Under the pieces are notes generated by a model. The model did no database searches and was not told the origin of the DNA. It saw only the letters and a program-made list of their open reading frames with translations. Positions 40,270 to 52,459 of a DNA stretch of 64,000 bases are shown here, piece by piece. The translations under genes were made by a program, and so were the position numbers. This stretch comes from Mobula hypostoma (Eukaryota), in contig NC_086097.1 in assembly GCF_963921235.1 (NCBI RefSeq), positions 243,228,001 through 243,292,000 of the forward strand, given 5' to 3'. Position 1 is the stretch's first letter. Every line of letters starts with the position of its first letter.

Positions 40270-41355
40270 GGGGAGGTAGTGGGGATAAGTTCCCACTACC
40301 TGTTAGATACTCCCAGTGACGAGCATCTCAGATAGCCTCTGACAACCAAGTCCGTCTCCTGGCCTTCACGTGTGGCTTAGCTACTAAGCTTGGAGGAACC
40401 GTTTCTATTGACAGGAGAAGGGGCAAAGGCGGGTTACTAGCGCATCATAACCAGTTGCTTCAGGCAGATAGGGCTTGTCAGCTATAGTTGGCAGCTCATT
40501 TCAAGATTCAATAACTTTATTGTCATTCTAACCGTACATCAGCTCTGCAGGGCAGAATGAGACAATGTTTCTCAGGAGCAGTGCAATCATAACATAAAAA
40601 ATGCAACATTAAATAATAAACATAACAATAAATAGTAAAACACAACAGCCACATGTCAGTTAAAATCAAGTTATAAGTGTCCAGTGGAAGTTAAAAGTGT
40701 CTAAAGCAGAGTCAGGTAGAGCAGCTATTTAGCAGTCTGAATGCCTGTGGGAGGAAGCTGTTTAGTAGCCTTGTGGTTTTAGTTTTGATGCTCCTGTAAC
40801 GTTTGCCTGATGGCAGAAGAACAAACAGTTCATGGAGAGGGTGTGAGGGGTCTTTAATGATGTACCGTGTCTTCTGACGGCATCAACTCTGAAAGAGGTC
40901 TTGGACAGAAGGTAGGGAGACCCCAATAACCCCAATAACTTGGGAGAAGGAAACAACCTCAGTTGCTTTGTGGCTATACCCACTCATGGGGAAGGCTTCA
41001 GGAGTAAACCCAGAGGAAAAATCCGGAGCCAGGCACCCAAGGCTTGAGTTAAACTACATTGAGTTTAACGCTGACTGGCAACTCCCGTGATGCTGCTTAT
41101 GCCAAACCTGTCCTGACGAAGGGTTCCAGCCCGAAACGTCGACCGATCTTTTCCATGGATGCTGCCCGACCTGCTGAGTTCCTCCAGTGTGTTGTGAGTG
41201 TTGTATTGGCCTCTGCTGCTCCTTCGGGTTCATCGGATGTATGGAGAGGGGGAGCTTGCTGCATGTCAACAGCTTGCTCTCCATATTGCACTGCCCAGGC
41301 TTGTGTATCTAGACAACTAGGACGCAACATCCATGACTGGCCCTGACCAATGGAG
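40270..41355 (+). mobile_element. RTE-like non-autonomous element, interrupted by a Rex1-like fragment (40500-40930, -) and a solo Penelope pLTR (41110-41201)
   Basis: Homology to 4261-4775 on both sides of each insert; ORF 40762..40983 ends in PHTLS...ANVTGASKLK (frameshifted HPxH..LPSGKRY region). Confidence 0.7.
41110..41143 (+). ncRNA. Minimal hammerhead ribozyme motif, intact core
   Basis: GTC-CTGACGA-A-GGGTTCCAGCCC-GAAA-CGTC-GAC; predicted cleavage after C41140. Confidence 0.7.
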
Positions 41356-41604
41356 CACGTAGTGGTCTTTCCGTCTGCTCTTACAATCTGTCCAGCAGAA
41401 GGGGGCACGAAAAGGAGAGCAGAGGTACAGGGAATAGATGAGATGCAATCAATGGCTCTGTCATCTGCTGAAGAGAGGAGGCCATTTTTGAGGAGGAGGG
41501 AAGACATTATAAAGCAAAGTAGGTGAGATGGCCAGCAAGAGGGACTCATACCGAGCTGGGAAAGTAGCGGCAGCTGTTTCTTGTCAGATTACTATTGCTA
41601 TTAT

Positions 41605-42335
41605 ACAGTGAACAGTAGGGCACTGGGAAGTATGGGAGAACAAAAGGGATCTGGGAATACAGGTCCATAATTTGATGAAAGTAGCTTCGCAGGTCATAAA
41701 GAAAGCTTTCAGCACATTGGTCTTAAATGAATGTACTGAGTATTGGAGATGGGATGTTACGTTGCAGCTGTAGAAGACGGTGACATCTAATTTGGGTATT
41801 GTGTGCTATTTTGGTCACCTACCTATAGGAAAGATGTAAATAAGGTTGAAAGTGTGCAGATAAAATTTACAAGGATATTGCTGGTACTGGAACACCTGAG
41901 TTATAAGGAAAGATTGAATAGATTAGGACTTTATTTCTCAGAACGTAGACGATTGAGAGGAGATTTGATAGAAGTATGTAAAATTATGAGGGTATAGATA
42001 GGGTAAATGCAAGTAGGTTTTTCCCACTAAGATTGGGTGGGACTACAACCAGATGTCATGGGTTAAGGGTGAAAGGTGAAAAGTTTAAGGGGAGCATGGG
42101 GTGGAAACCTCTTCACTCAGTGGGTTGTGAGAGAGTGGAATGAGCTGCCAGCACAAGTGGTGCATGTGAGCTTGATTTCAACGTTTACGAGAAGTTTGGA
42201 TAGGTACATAGATGGTAGGGGTATGGAAGGCCTAGTACAGGCCAATGGGAGCAAGTAGTTTAAATGGTTTTGGCATGGACTAGATGGGTTGAAAAGCCTG
42301 TTTCTATGCTCTACTTTTCTGTGATTCTATGACTC
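41605..42335 (+). mobile_element. Old CR1 3' fragment
   Basis: ORFs 41803..41997 and 42076..42258; tatgactc-type tail. Confidence 0.85.
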
Positions 42336-42469
42336 AATGACTTTAGGCATGATCCTGACAACAATGTTGGCTCACTGGCTGCTTCAGAGATTTATCTGCT
42401 AAGCTGCTTAATATCTGGGTGATTTACATTTTAACTCATTAGCATCAGGTGTTCATAGATATTCCTATA

Positions 42470-45400
42470 TATGGGCCTTCTCCCCGTATTCCTTTATGCC
42501 TTGAGCAATCAATAATTTATCAAACTCTGCCTTAAATATACATCATGACTTGGCCTCCTCAGCTGCTTGTGGCAATGAATTCCACAGATTCACCACCCTC
42601 TGGCTAAAGAAGTCCTTCCTCATCACTGTTCTAAAAAGACGACCCTCTATTCTGAGGTGGGTCCTCTGGTCTTAGACTCTCCCATCACAGGAAACATCCT
42701 CTTCACTTCCAGCCTTTCAAGGCCTTTCACCATTTCAATGAGGTCACCCCTCATTCTTCTGAATTCCAGTGAATACAGCCCCAGAGCCATCAGACACTCA
42801 TCATATGACAGCCCATTCTGGAGTTCCTGGAATTATTTTCATGAACATCCTTTGAACCCTCTCCAGCTTCAGCATATCCTTTCTAAGATAAGGGGCCCAA
42901 ACTTGCTCACAATACTCTAAGTGAGGCCTTACCAGTGCTTTATGAAGTCGCAACATCACATCCTTGCTTTTATATTCTTGTCCTCTTGAAATGAATGCTA
43001 ACATTGCATTTGCCTTCCTCACCATGAACTCAACCTGCAAATTCTTCGAGGAGATTACAAATAGGATGGATAAAGAGGCTGCAGTGGATGTTGTATATTT
43101 GAACTTTCAGAATCCCTTGGGCAAAGTGCCAAACATGAGGCTACTTACCAAGTGAAGTGACCATGGTATTACAGGAAAGTTACTGGCATGGTTAGAGCAT
43201 TGGCTGATTGTTGACTAGTGGTGTTCCGCAGGGGTCGATGATGGGACCGCATCTTTTTATGTTGTATATCAATGATTTAGATGATGAAATAATGGCTTTG
43301 TTGCCAAGTTTGTAGATGATATAAAGGTTGGTGGAGGGGCAGGTAGTGTTGAGGAAACAGGTAAGATGCAGAAGGTCTTAGACAGATTAGGAGAATGGGC
43401 AAGAGAGTGGTAAATGAAATACAATGTTGGAAAATGCAGGGTCATGCACTTTGTTCGTAGAAATAAATGTGCAGACTATTTTCTAAATGGGGAGAAAATC
43501 CAAAAACCTGACATGCAAAGGGACTTGGGAGTCCTTGTGCTGAACACCCTAAAGGTTAACTTGCAGGTAGAGTTAGTGGTGAGGAAGGCAAATGCAATGC
43601 TAGCATTCATTTCAAGATGTCCAGAAATCAAGGGCATGGATGTGATTCTGAGGTTTTATAAGGCACTGGTGAGGCCTCACCTTGAGGATTGTGAACAGTT
43701 TTGGGGTCCTTATCTAAGAGAAGATGTGCTTGCTTTGGAGAGAGTTCAGAGGAGGTTCACAAGGATGATTCTGGGAATGAAAGAGTTATCATACGGGGAA
43801 TGTTTGATGGCTCTGGATCTGTACTTACTAGAATTTAGAAGGCTGAGGGGAGATCTCATTGAAACCTTTCTAATGTTGAAAGGCCTAGACAGAGTAGATG
43901 TGGAAAGCATGGTGGGGGAGTCAAGGACAAGAGAGCACAGCCTCAGGATACAGGGACGTCCATTTAAAACAGAAATGTGCAGAAGTTTCTTTGGACAGAG
44001 GGGAGTGAACTTGTGGAATTTGTTACCACAGGCAGCTGTGGAGGTCAAGTTCATGGGCGTATTTAAGGCAGAGCTTGATAGTTTCTTGATGGGACATGGC
44101 ATCAAAGGTTATGGGGAGAACGTTGGGGAGTGGGGCAGCTCAATGCTTAAATCAATCAAACCTTGGATCTTTCCTCCTTCTCGGGCCTTGGTCCTGCTGC
44201 ATCTGCTCTGTGTGGCTCCCACTCGACTTGCCTCAGTTCTACTGCATCGACTTGCTTCCAAGCCCACTCCAGCAATGGCCAACCATTGGCTACTTCCCCG
44301 CTCTTGCCCCAGGCCGCACTGCCTTGATTCAGCCCATTCACAGCATGCCACAACCGCCCCACACTTTCAAGACTTCAGTTCACATCACACTAATTCTAGG
44401 TCATCCAAGACATTCAACAGCTCAACTCCTAAAAGAAAATTACAGCCTATGGATTGCACTGATCGTATCTGAGAAAAAGACCATAAGATATAGGAGCAGA
44501 ATTGGGCCATTTGGCCCAATGAGTTTGTTCCACCATTTCATCATGGGTGATCCAGTTTTCCACTCAGCCCCAATCACCTGCCTTCTGCCCATATCCCTTC
44601 ATGCCCTGACCAATCAAGAATCTCTCAATCTCTGCCTTGGCCTCCGCAGCCGCCTGTGGCAAAAATTCTACAAATCCACCACTCTCTGACTAAAGAAATT
44701 CCTCCTTTTCACCATTCGAAAAGGACACCCCTCTATTCTGAGGTTGTGTCCTCTGGTCTTAGACTCCCTCACCATAGGAAACATCCTCTCCACATCAACT
44801 CTATCAAGGCCATTCACCATTTGATAGGTTTCAATGAGGCTGTGCCTCATTCTTCTGAATTCTTGTAAATACAGGCCCAGAGCCTTCAAATGCTCTTCAT
44901 ATGACAAGCCATTTAATCCTGGAATAATTTTCATAGCCTCCTTTAAACCCTCTTAGATTTCAGCACATCTTTTCTAAGATAAGGGGCCCAAAACAGCTCA
45001 CAATACTGCAAGTGAGGCCTCCCCAGTGCTTCATAAAGTCTCAACATTACATCTTTGCTTTTATATTTTAGTCCTCTTGAAATGAATGCTAACATTGCAT
45101 TTGCCTTCCTCACCACAGACTCAATCTTTGCACCTCAGTTTTTTATATTTTCCTCTCCATTTAGAAAATAGTTAACCCTTTCATTTTTTCTGCAAAAGCA
45201 CATGACCATACACTTCCCAACACTGTATTCCATCTGCCACCTCTTTGCCCATTCTCCTAATCTTTCTAAATCCTCCTCTAGTCTCACTACCTCCTCAGAA
45301 CTACTTGCCCCTCCACCTATCTTCATATTGTCTGCAAATTTTGCAACAAAGCCATCAATTCCATCATCCAAATCATTGACATATAACGTAAAAAGAATGG

Positions 45401-45530
45401 GTCCTAACACAGACCGCTGTGGAACTCCACCTGTCATCGGCAGCCAGCCAGAAAAGACCCTTCATTCCCGCTCTTTGCCTCCTCCCAATCAGTCACTGTT
45501 TATCCATGCTAGAATCTTTCCTGTAATAGG
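42470..45530. mobile_element. Cluster of old CR1 fragments: 42470-43038 (-), 43039-44135 (+), 44475-45530 (-)
   Basis: ORFs 42801..43040, 43414..44472 (CR1-derived only to ~44135), 44668..44934 and 45135..45437. Confidence 0.85.
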
Positions 45531-45964
45531 AAGAATTATGACTAGAGCAGCATTTTTTTGTTTTGCACTGGGGTAACATTTAGAACTCGGGAAACAACAG
45601 GCCAATTTCTTAGCAATCACAACTGAATATCTTCAAAACCTTGGAGATTGATATCGATTTCATGAGAAGCGTGTTTCCTCTCCACTTACTCATGACCAAC
45701 AATGTGTAATATGAGTGTAATATCAATGTAAGGGAGGACAAGGAATGAATAGATACAAATGCAGATAGTGCAAAGAGTTAAATTCTACCACCGAGGCAAA
45801 ATTCAAAAGGGTGAAGAATGCAGTACTGAAGATGCTGTATTTAAATACACATAGTATTCGGAATAAGGGGATGAACTTGTGGTGCAATTAGATATTGGTC
45901 GGTATGACGTTGTGGTCATTATTGAGTCGTGGCTGAAAGAAGATCATAGTCTGGAGCTTAATAT

Positions 45965-46844
45965 TGTTACATACCTCAATTTGTGACTTTCTTGTGAGAA
46001 ATGATGTAATGGTCTTTTGGAGGTCACCAGATGCAATTTTCCTGCTGATGTGAGGTCACGTGATGACCAGTTCGCCACGGCTATATAAGGGAAGATCTCA
46101 GATGACGCAGTTAGTTTTTAGTTTTTAGTTTTCCAGCTAGAATGTGCGTCTGTGTCTCTGTTTCTGTTGCGTATTTATTTTATGACGCAGTTTCATTTTT
46201 AAAACGGAGTGTTACGTTCTGTTGCAAGGTACAATAGTGCTGGACTGGCAATTTTTGCTAGATTTGTTAATGTACCTTCTTCCAGTAGTATTGGAGTGTG
46301 AAGACTTTATCGAAGTGCAGGATATGAAGGATTAAGAGAAGTCAGGAATGTTCGGCAGTTTAACAAAGGATCGACCTTATTGAGTCTTCGTCGCCGAAGT
46401 AGCGACCTGCATCGAAGATAACCCCTGCTGAAAGTGCAAGGTAGTTCATGCAGGATTTGCTCTCTGGAAGAAATTGAGGTCAGTTGTTATTAAGCCGTTT
46501 ATTTCCTTCATCGTGAATCCTTTGGACAGAACCAGCAGGAAATTCGCGTCTATGAAGAAATCCTTCTCCAGAGAAGTCTCTCCCATTTGAATGTGTAAAT
46601 CTGTTGGACTTTCGAATTTACCATTTTAAGAGCTGTACTTTGACTTTACCACTTTAAGAACTGTTTTCGCATTTATCGCTTTAAGAACCAGTACCGAGTG
46701 ACGATTTGTTGAACAGCCTCATAGCGGTTAACTTCCGGTTAAGGTTTTCGTTTGTTTTGTAATGTTTATCCGTGTTTAATAAATGTTTGGTTGTTTTTAT
46801 ATAACCTGACTCAATTAATATTCATTGTTGCCGGTTACGTAACA
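45965..46844 (+). mobile_element. Solo LTR (880 bp)
   Basis: TGTTAC...GTAACA termini; 4-bp TSD ATAT at 45961-45964 and 46845-46848; TATATAA at ~46082; AATAAA at ~46778. Confidence 0.85.
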
Positions 46845-48233
46845 ATATGAAAGGATATATTTTGTATTGAAAGGACAGGCAGGATGGCATTGTTGGTGGA
46901 GTGGCTCTGTTGGTAAGAGGTGGAATACATCTTTAGAAAGAGGTGACATTGGGTCAAAGAATGTTGAATCTTTGTGGGTGGAGTTAAGAAACTGCAAGGG
47001 TAAAAATCCATTATGGGAATCATATATAGGCCTCCAAATAGTAGCCGAAATGTGGGGTTGAGATAACAAATGGAGCTGGAAAGGGCATGTAATAAGGGAA
47101 ATGTCACAATTGTAATGGGGACTTCAATATATGAAGGGTTGGGCAAATGTGTTTGGTGTCGTATCACAAGAGAAGGAATGTGTTGAATGCTTACATGATG
47201 GCCTTTTAGAGCAGCTTGTGCTTGAGTCTACTTCGGAAAGGTTACCTTAGATTGGGTGTTGTGTAATAATTTAGATTTTATTATGGAGCTTGAGGTAAAG
47301 GAACTCTTAGGAGTCAGTGATCGTAATGATTGAATTCATACTGTAATTTGAGAGGGAGAAGCATAAGTCGGATGTATCAGTATTGCAATAGATAACAAAA
47401 GCAGGGTGAATCTAATAGCAAGGCTTTGCTATTACAAAGGAAAGAGTGCCAGGCACACTCAAAGGTCTTAAGGTGGATAAGTCACCTGGGCTAGATGGAC
47501 TACATCCCAGTCCTGAGAGAGGTTGCTGAAGAGATAACGGATACATTGGTCATGAATCTTTCACTTGATTCTGGCATGGTCCCGGAGGAGTGGAAAATTG
47601 CAGATGTCTCTCCACTCTTTAAGAAAGCAAAAGAAAGGAGTTAGCCAGTTAGCTTAATCTCAGTGGTTGGGAGAATGTGGAGTCCATTATTAACGATGAG
47701 GTTTTGAGGTACTTGGAGACGAATGATAAAATAAGTCAAAGTCAGCATGGTTTCTGTAGTGTAAAGGGAAATCTTGCCCTTCAAATCTGTTAGAGTTCTT
47801 TGAGAAAGTAACAAGCAAGAGGGACAAAGGAGGTGCAGTGGATGGCATTTACTAGGATTTTCAGAAGGCACTTACAAGGTGCCACTCATGAGGCTGCTTA
47901 ACAAGATAAAATCCCATGGCATTAGAGGAAAGGTATTGGCATGGATAGAGGAATGGCTGACAAGCAGGAGGCAGTGGGAGGGAATAAAGGGGAGCTTTTC
48001 TGGTTGGCTGCCAGTGACTAGTGGTGTTCCTCAGAGGCAGTATTGGGACTGCTACTTTACACATTGTTTGTCAATGATTTAGATAAATCATTGTGGCAAA
48101 GTTTGCAGATGATACAAAGATAGGTGGAGGGGTGGGTAATACATTTTGATAAAGGGAACAATAGTACAGACTATTGTCTAAATAGGGGAGAAAAATTGAA
48201 ACATCAGAGATGTAGAGAGACTTAGGGATTCTT

Positions 48234-50789
48234 GTGCAAGATGTGGAATCGATATGGGTAGAGCTGCGTAACACTAAGGGGCAGAAGACGCTGGTGGGAG
48301 TTGTGTACAGGCCACCTAACAGTAGTAGTGAGGTCGGAGATGGTATTAAACAGGAAATTAGAAATGTGTGCAATAAAGGAACAGCAGTTATAATGGGTGA
48401 CTTCAATCTACATGTAGACTGGGTGAACCAAATTGGTAAAGGTGCTGAGGAAGAGGATTTCTTGGAATGTATGCGGGATGGTTTTTTGAACCAACATGTC
48501 GAGGAACCGACTAGAGAGCAGGCTATTCTGGACTGGGTTTTGAGCAATGAGGAAGGGTTAATTAGCGATCTTGTCGTGAGAGGCCCCTTGGGTAAGAGTG
48601 ACCATAATATGGTGGAATTCTTCATTAACATGGAGAGTGACGTAGTTAATTCAGAAACAAAGGTTCTGAACTTAAAGAGGGGTAACTTTGAAGGTATGAG
48701 ACATGAATTAGCTAAGATAGACTGGCAAATGACACTTCAAGGATTGACGGTGGATATGCAATGGCAGGCATTTAAAGGTTGCATGGATGAACTACAACAA
48801 TTGTTCATCCCAGTTTGGCAAAAGAATAAATCAAGGAAGGTAGTGCACCCGTGGCTGACAAGAGAAATTAGGGATAGTATCAATTCCAAAGAAGTAGCAT
48901 ACAAATTAGCCAGAGAAAGTGGCTCACCTGAGGACTGGGAGAAATTCAGAGTTCAGCAGAGGAGGACAAAGGGCTTAATTAGGAAGGGGAAAAAAGATTA
49001 TGAGAGAAAACTGGCAGAGAACATAAAAACGGACTGTAAAAGCTTTTATAGATATGTAAAAAGGAAAAGACTGATAAAGACAAATGTAGGTCCCCTGCAA
49101 GCAGAAACAGGTGAATTGATTATGGGGAGCAAGGACATGGCAGACCAATTGAATAATTACTTTGGTTCTGTCTTCACTAAGGAGGACATAAATAATCTTC
49201 CAGAAATAGTAAGGGACAGAGGGTCCAGTGAGATGGAGGAACTGAGCGAAATACATGTTAGTAGGGAAGTGGTGTTAGGTAAATTGAAGGGATTGAAGGC
49301 AGATAAATCCCCAGGGCCAGATGGTCTGCATCCCAGAGTGCTTAAGGAAGTGGCCCAAGAAATAGTGGATGCATTAGTGATAATTTTTCAAAACTCGTTA
49401 GATTCTGGACTAGTTCCTGAGGATTGGAGGGTGGCTAATGTAACCCCACTTTTTAAAAAAGGAGGGAGAGAGAAACCGGGGAATTATAGGCCGGTTAGCC
49501 TAACGTCGGTGGTGGGGAAACTGCTGGAGTCAGTTATCAAGGATGTGATAACAGCACATTTGGAAAGCGGTGAAATGATCGGACAAAGTCAGCATGGATT
49601 TGTGAAAGGAAAATCATGTCTGACGAATCTCATAGAATTTTTTGAGGATGTAACTAGTAGAGTGGATAGGGGAGAACCAGTGGATGTGGTATATTTGGAT
49701 TTTCAAAAGGCTTTTGACAAGGTCCCACATAGGAGATTAGTGTGCAAACTTAAAGCACACGGTATTGGGGGTAAGGTATTGGTGTGGGTGGAGAATTGGT
49801 TAGCAGACAGGAAGCAAAGAGTGGGAATAAACGGGACCTTTTCAGAATGGCAGGCGGTGACTAGTGGGGTACCGCAAGGCTCAGTGCTGGGACCCCAGTT
49901 GTTTACAATATATATTAATGACTTGGATGAGGGAATTAAATGCAGCATCTCCAAGTTTGCGGATGACACGAAGCTGGGTGGCAGTGTTAGCTGTGAGGAG
50001 GATGCTAAGAGGATGCAGGGTGACTTGGATAGGTTGGGTGAGTGGGCAAACTCATGGCAGATGCAATTTAATGTGGATAAATGTGAAGTTATCCACTTTG
50101 GTGGCAAAAATAGGAAAACAGATTATTATCTGAATGGTGGCCGATTAGGAAAAGGGGAGGTGCAACGAGACCTGGGTGTCATTATACACCAGTCATTGAA
50201 AGTGGGCATGCAGGTACAGCAGGCGGTGAAAAAGGCGAACGGTATGCTGGCATTTATAGCGAGAGGATTCGAGTACAGGAGCAGGGAGGTACTACTGCAG
50301 TTGTACAAGGCCTTGGTGAGACCACACCTGGAGTATTGTGTGCAGTTTTGGTCCCCTAATCTGAGGAAAGACATCTTTGCCATAGAGGGAGTACAAAGAA
50401 GGTTCACCAGATTGATTCCTGGGATGGCAGGTCTTTCATATGAAGAAAGACTGGATGAACTGGGCTTGTACTCGTTGGAATTTAGAAGATTGAGGGGGGA
50501 TCTGATTGAAACGTATAAGATCCTAAAGGGATTGGACAGGCTAGATGCAGGAAGATTGTTCCCGATGTTGGGGAGGTCTAGAACGAGGGGTCACAGTTTG
50601 AGGATAGAGGGGAAGCCTTTTAGGACCGAGGTTAGGAAAAACTTCTTCACACAGAGAGTGGTGAATCTGTGGAATTCTCTGCCACAGCAAACTGTTGAGG
50701 CCAGTTCATTAGCTATGTTTAAAAGGAAGTTAGATATGGCCCTTGTGGCTACAGGGGTCAGGGGGTATGGAGGGAAGGCTGGGTTCTGA
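48234..50789 (+). CDS. CR1 ORF2, 5'-truncated but uninterrupted (partial APE endonuclease, RT, C-terminus); retroelement ORF, not a host gene
   Basis: 851 codons with GDFN, SDHN, GVPQGSVLGP and FADD; element spans ~48240-50894 and ends in (TTTCTATG)3; lacks the EN N-terminus and a native start. Confidence 0.93.
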   Translation: MQDVESIWVELRNTKGQKTLVGVVYRPPNSSSEVGDGIKQEIRNVCNKGTAVIMGDFNLHVDWVNQIGKGAEEEDFLECMRDGFLNQHVEEPTREQAILDWVLSNEEGLISDLVVRGPLGKSDHNMVEFFINMESDVVNSETKVLNLKRGNFEGMRHELAKIDWQMTLQGLTVDMQWQAFKGCMDELQQLFIPVWQKNKSRKVVHPWLTREIRDSINSKEVAYKLARESGSPEDWEKFRVQQRRTKGLIRKGKKDYERKLAENIKTDCKSFYRYVKRKRLIKTNVGPLQAETGELIMGSKDMADQLNNYFGSVFTKEDINNLPEIVRDRGSSEMEELSEIHVSREVVLGKLKGLKADKSPGPDGLHPRVLKEVAQEIVDALVIIFQNSLDSGLVPEDWRVANVTPLFKKGGREKPGNYRPVSLTSVVGKLLESVIKDVITAHLESGEMIGQSQHGFVKGKSCLTNLIEFFEDVTSRVDRGEPVDVVYLDFQKAFDKVPHRRLVCKLKAHGIGGKVLVWVENWLADRKQRVGINGTFSEWQAVTSGVPQGSVLGPQLFTIYINDLDEGIKCSISKFADDTKLGGSVSCEEDAKRMQGDLDRLGEWANSWQMQFNVDKCEVIHFGGKNRKTDYYLNGGRLGKGEVQRDLGVIIHQSLKVGMQVQQAVKKANGMLAFIARGFEYRSREVLLQLYKALVRPHLEYCVQFWSPNLRKDIFAIEGVQRRFTRLIPGMAGLSYEERLDELGLYSLEFRRLRGDLIETYKILKGLDRLDAGRLFPMLGRSRTRGHSLRIEGKPFRTEVRKNFFTQRVVNLWNSLPQQTVEASSLAMFKRKLDMALVATGVRGYGGKAGF

Positions 50790-52459
50790 GTTGGATGATC
50801 AGCCATGATCATAATAAATGGCGGTGCAGGCTCGAAGGGCCGAATGGCCTACTCCTGCACCTATTTTCTATGTTTCTATGTTTCTATGTTTCTATTCCCA
50901 GAAGGTTAATTTATAGGTTGAGTCTGTGGTAAAGATGGCATATGCAATGTTAGCATTCATTTCAAGGGGAATAGAATATAAAGGCAAGAAGATAATGCTG
51001 AGCTTTTATAAGACACTAGTCAGGCCGCGCTTGGAGTATTGTCAACAGTTTTGGGCCTCGTATCTCAGAAAGGATGTGTTGTCATTGGAGAGTCCAGAGG
51101 AGGTTCACGAGGATGATTCTGAGAATGAAGGGGTTAACAGAAGGGGTGTGTTTGGAACTTTGGGCCTGTACTCACTGGAATTTAGAAGAATGTGTGGGGA
51201 TCTCATTGAAACCTACCGAATGTTGAAAGGATTAGATAATGTGGATGTGGAGAGGATGTTTCCTATGGTGAGGGTGTCCAGAACTAGAGGGCACAGCCTC
51301 AAAATTGAGGGGCAATACTTTAGAACAAAGGAGGAATTTTTTTAGCCAGGTAGTAGGGAATCTGTGGAATGCTCTGTCATAGACTGCGGTGGAGGTCAAG
51401 TCGGTGGGTATATTGAAGGCAGAAGTTGATCGTTTCGAGATCAGTCGGGGCATCAAAGATTATGGTGAGAAGGTGTTGAGTGGGATCCAGGATCGGCCAT
51501 AATGGAATGTCAGAGGAGACCCAGTGGGCTGAATGGCCTCATTCTGCTCCTATGTCTTATGGTCTTAACAACATTACCGTTAGTACTGTTTCAATATTCA
51601 GGCTCCTGGGCTTAGGTATTTCGCAGGACCTCATGTGGAAAGAACCAAATCTTCTTCATTAACAAAAAGGCCCAGCAGAGGATGCAGGTCTTGTGGCAGT
51701 CGGTAAAATTCCATCTCCCCCAGACATCACAGAGACATCCTCATGTCATCCATGACTGTCCAGGTTGGTGCAAATTCCTCTCACAGTATACAAAAACTTC
51801 AGGACATCAGGAAGGGTTTTCAGCTGCAGTCTAATGTCACTGCAGGGCTTGTGCATGTCCACGACAAAGAAACGGGAAGGAAAAAAGTAATTGCAGACAC
51901 TACCCATCCAGAAAACTGCCTTTTTTCAAAAGCTCAATCCTGGAAAGCACTATAGGACTATTAAAACAAAGAAAGAAAAATCAAGCCATCTTAAAAGTTT
52001 CATCCCCTAAGCGGTTAATGTGAGTAACCATTCTAGTAACCACCACCCCCACCGCCTGTGTTACCCCCATCACTGTATTGCAGTATAAGCACTTTAAACT
52101 ACTTATTATAATGCTGTTTACATTGTAGATACATGTTCGTATTTATGTGTTTATGCACATTTTATTCCATAGCTGTACTTCTGAACATTATTTTTAAAGT
52201 AATAAAAATTGTCATTTTTTGGGGTGCCACTAACGGTTGGCACGATGCTAATGTGGTTCAAGGTGTCAGAGTTTGGGGTTCAAGTCTGTAAGCAGTTAGT
52301 ACATACTTCCCGCAACTGGGCGCACCTCTGGGTGCACCGGATCCCTTTCACAGTGGAAAGACATACTGGTTAGTGGGTGAATTAGTCATTGTAAATTGTT
52401 CTGTGATTAGGCTCGGGTTAAATAGGTGGGTCGTTGGGTGGTGTGGCTTGTTGGGCCAG

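Larger units (their letters stand above)
45700..51567 (+). mobile_element. Old long CR1, degraded, hosting a solo LTR and a young CR1
   Basis: EN motifs (ESWLKEDH..ELNI|KGY, VESLWVELRN), RT remnants, and RDLGILVQ|SQKVNL..VKMAYAMLAF continuity across the 48240-50894 insert. Confidence 0.85.

Noticed and set aside
41393..41409. CTCF-like CAGAAGGGGGCAC
   Set aside because: Two mismatches to the core motif; expected by chance in 64 kb.
43414..44472. 352-aa ORF with a novel-looking C-terminus
   Set aside because: Chance read-through from a decayed CR1 into flanking sequence; no start context or splice support.
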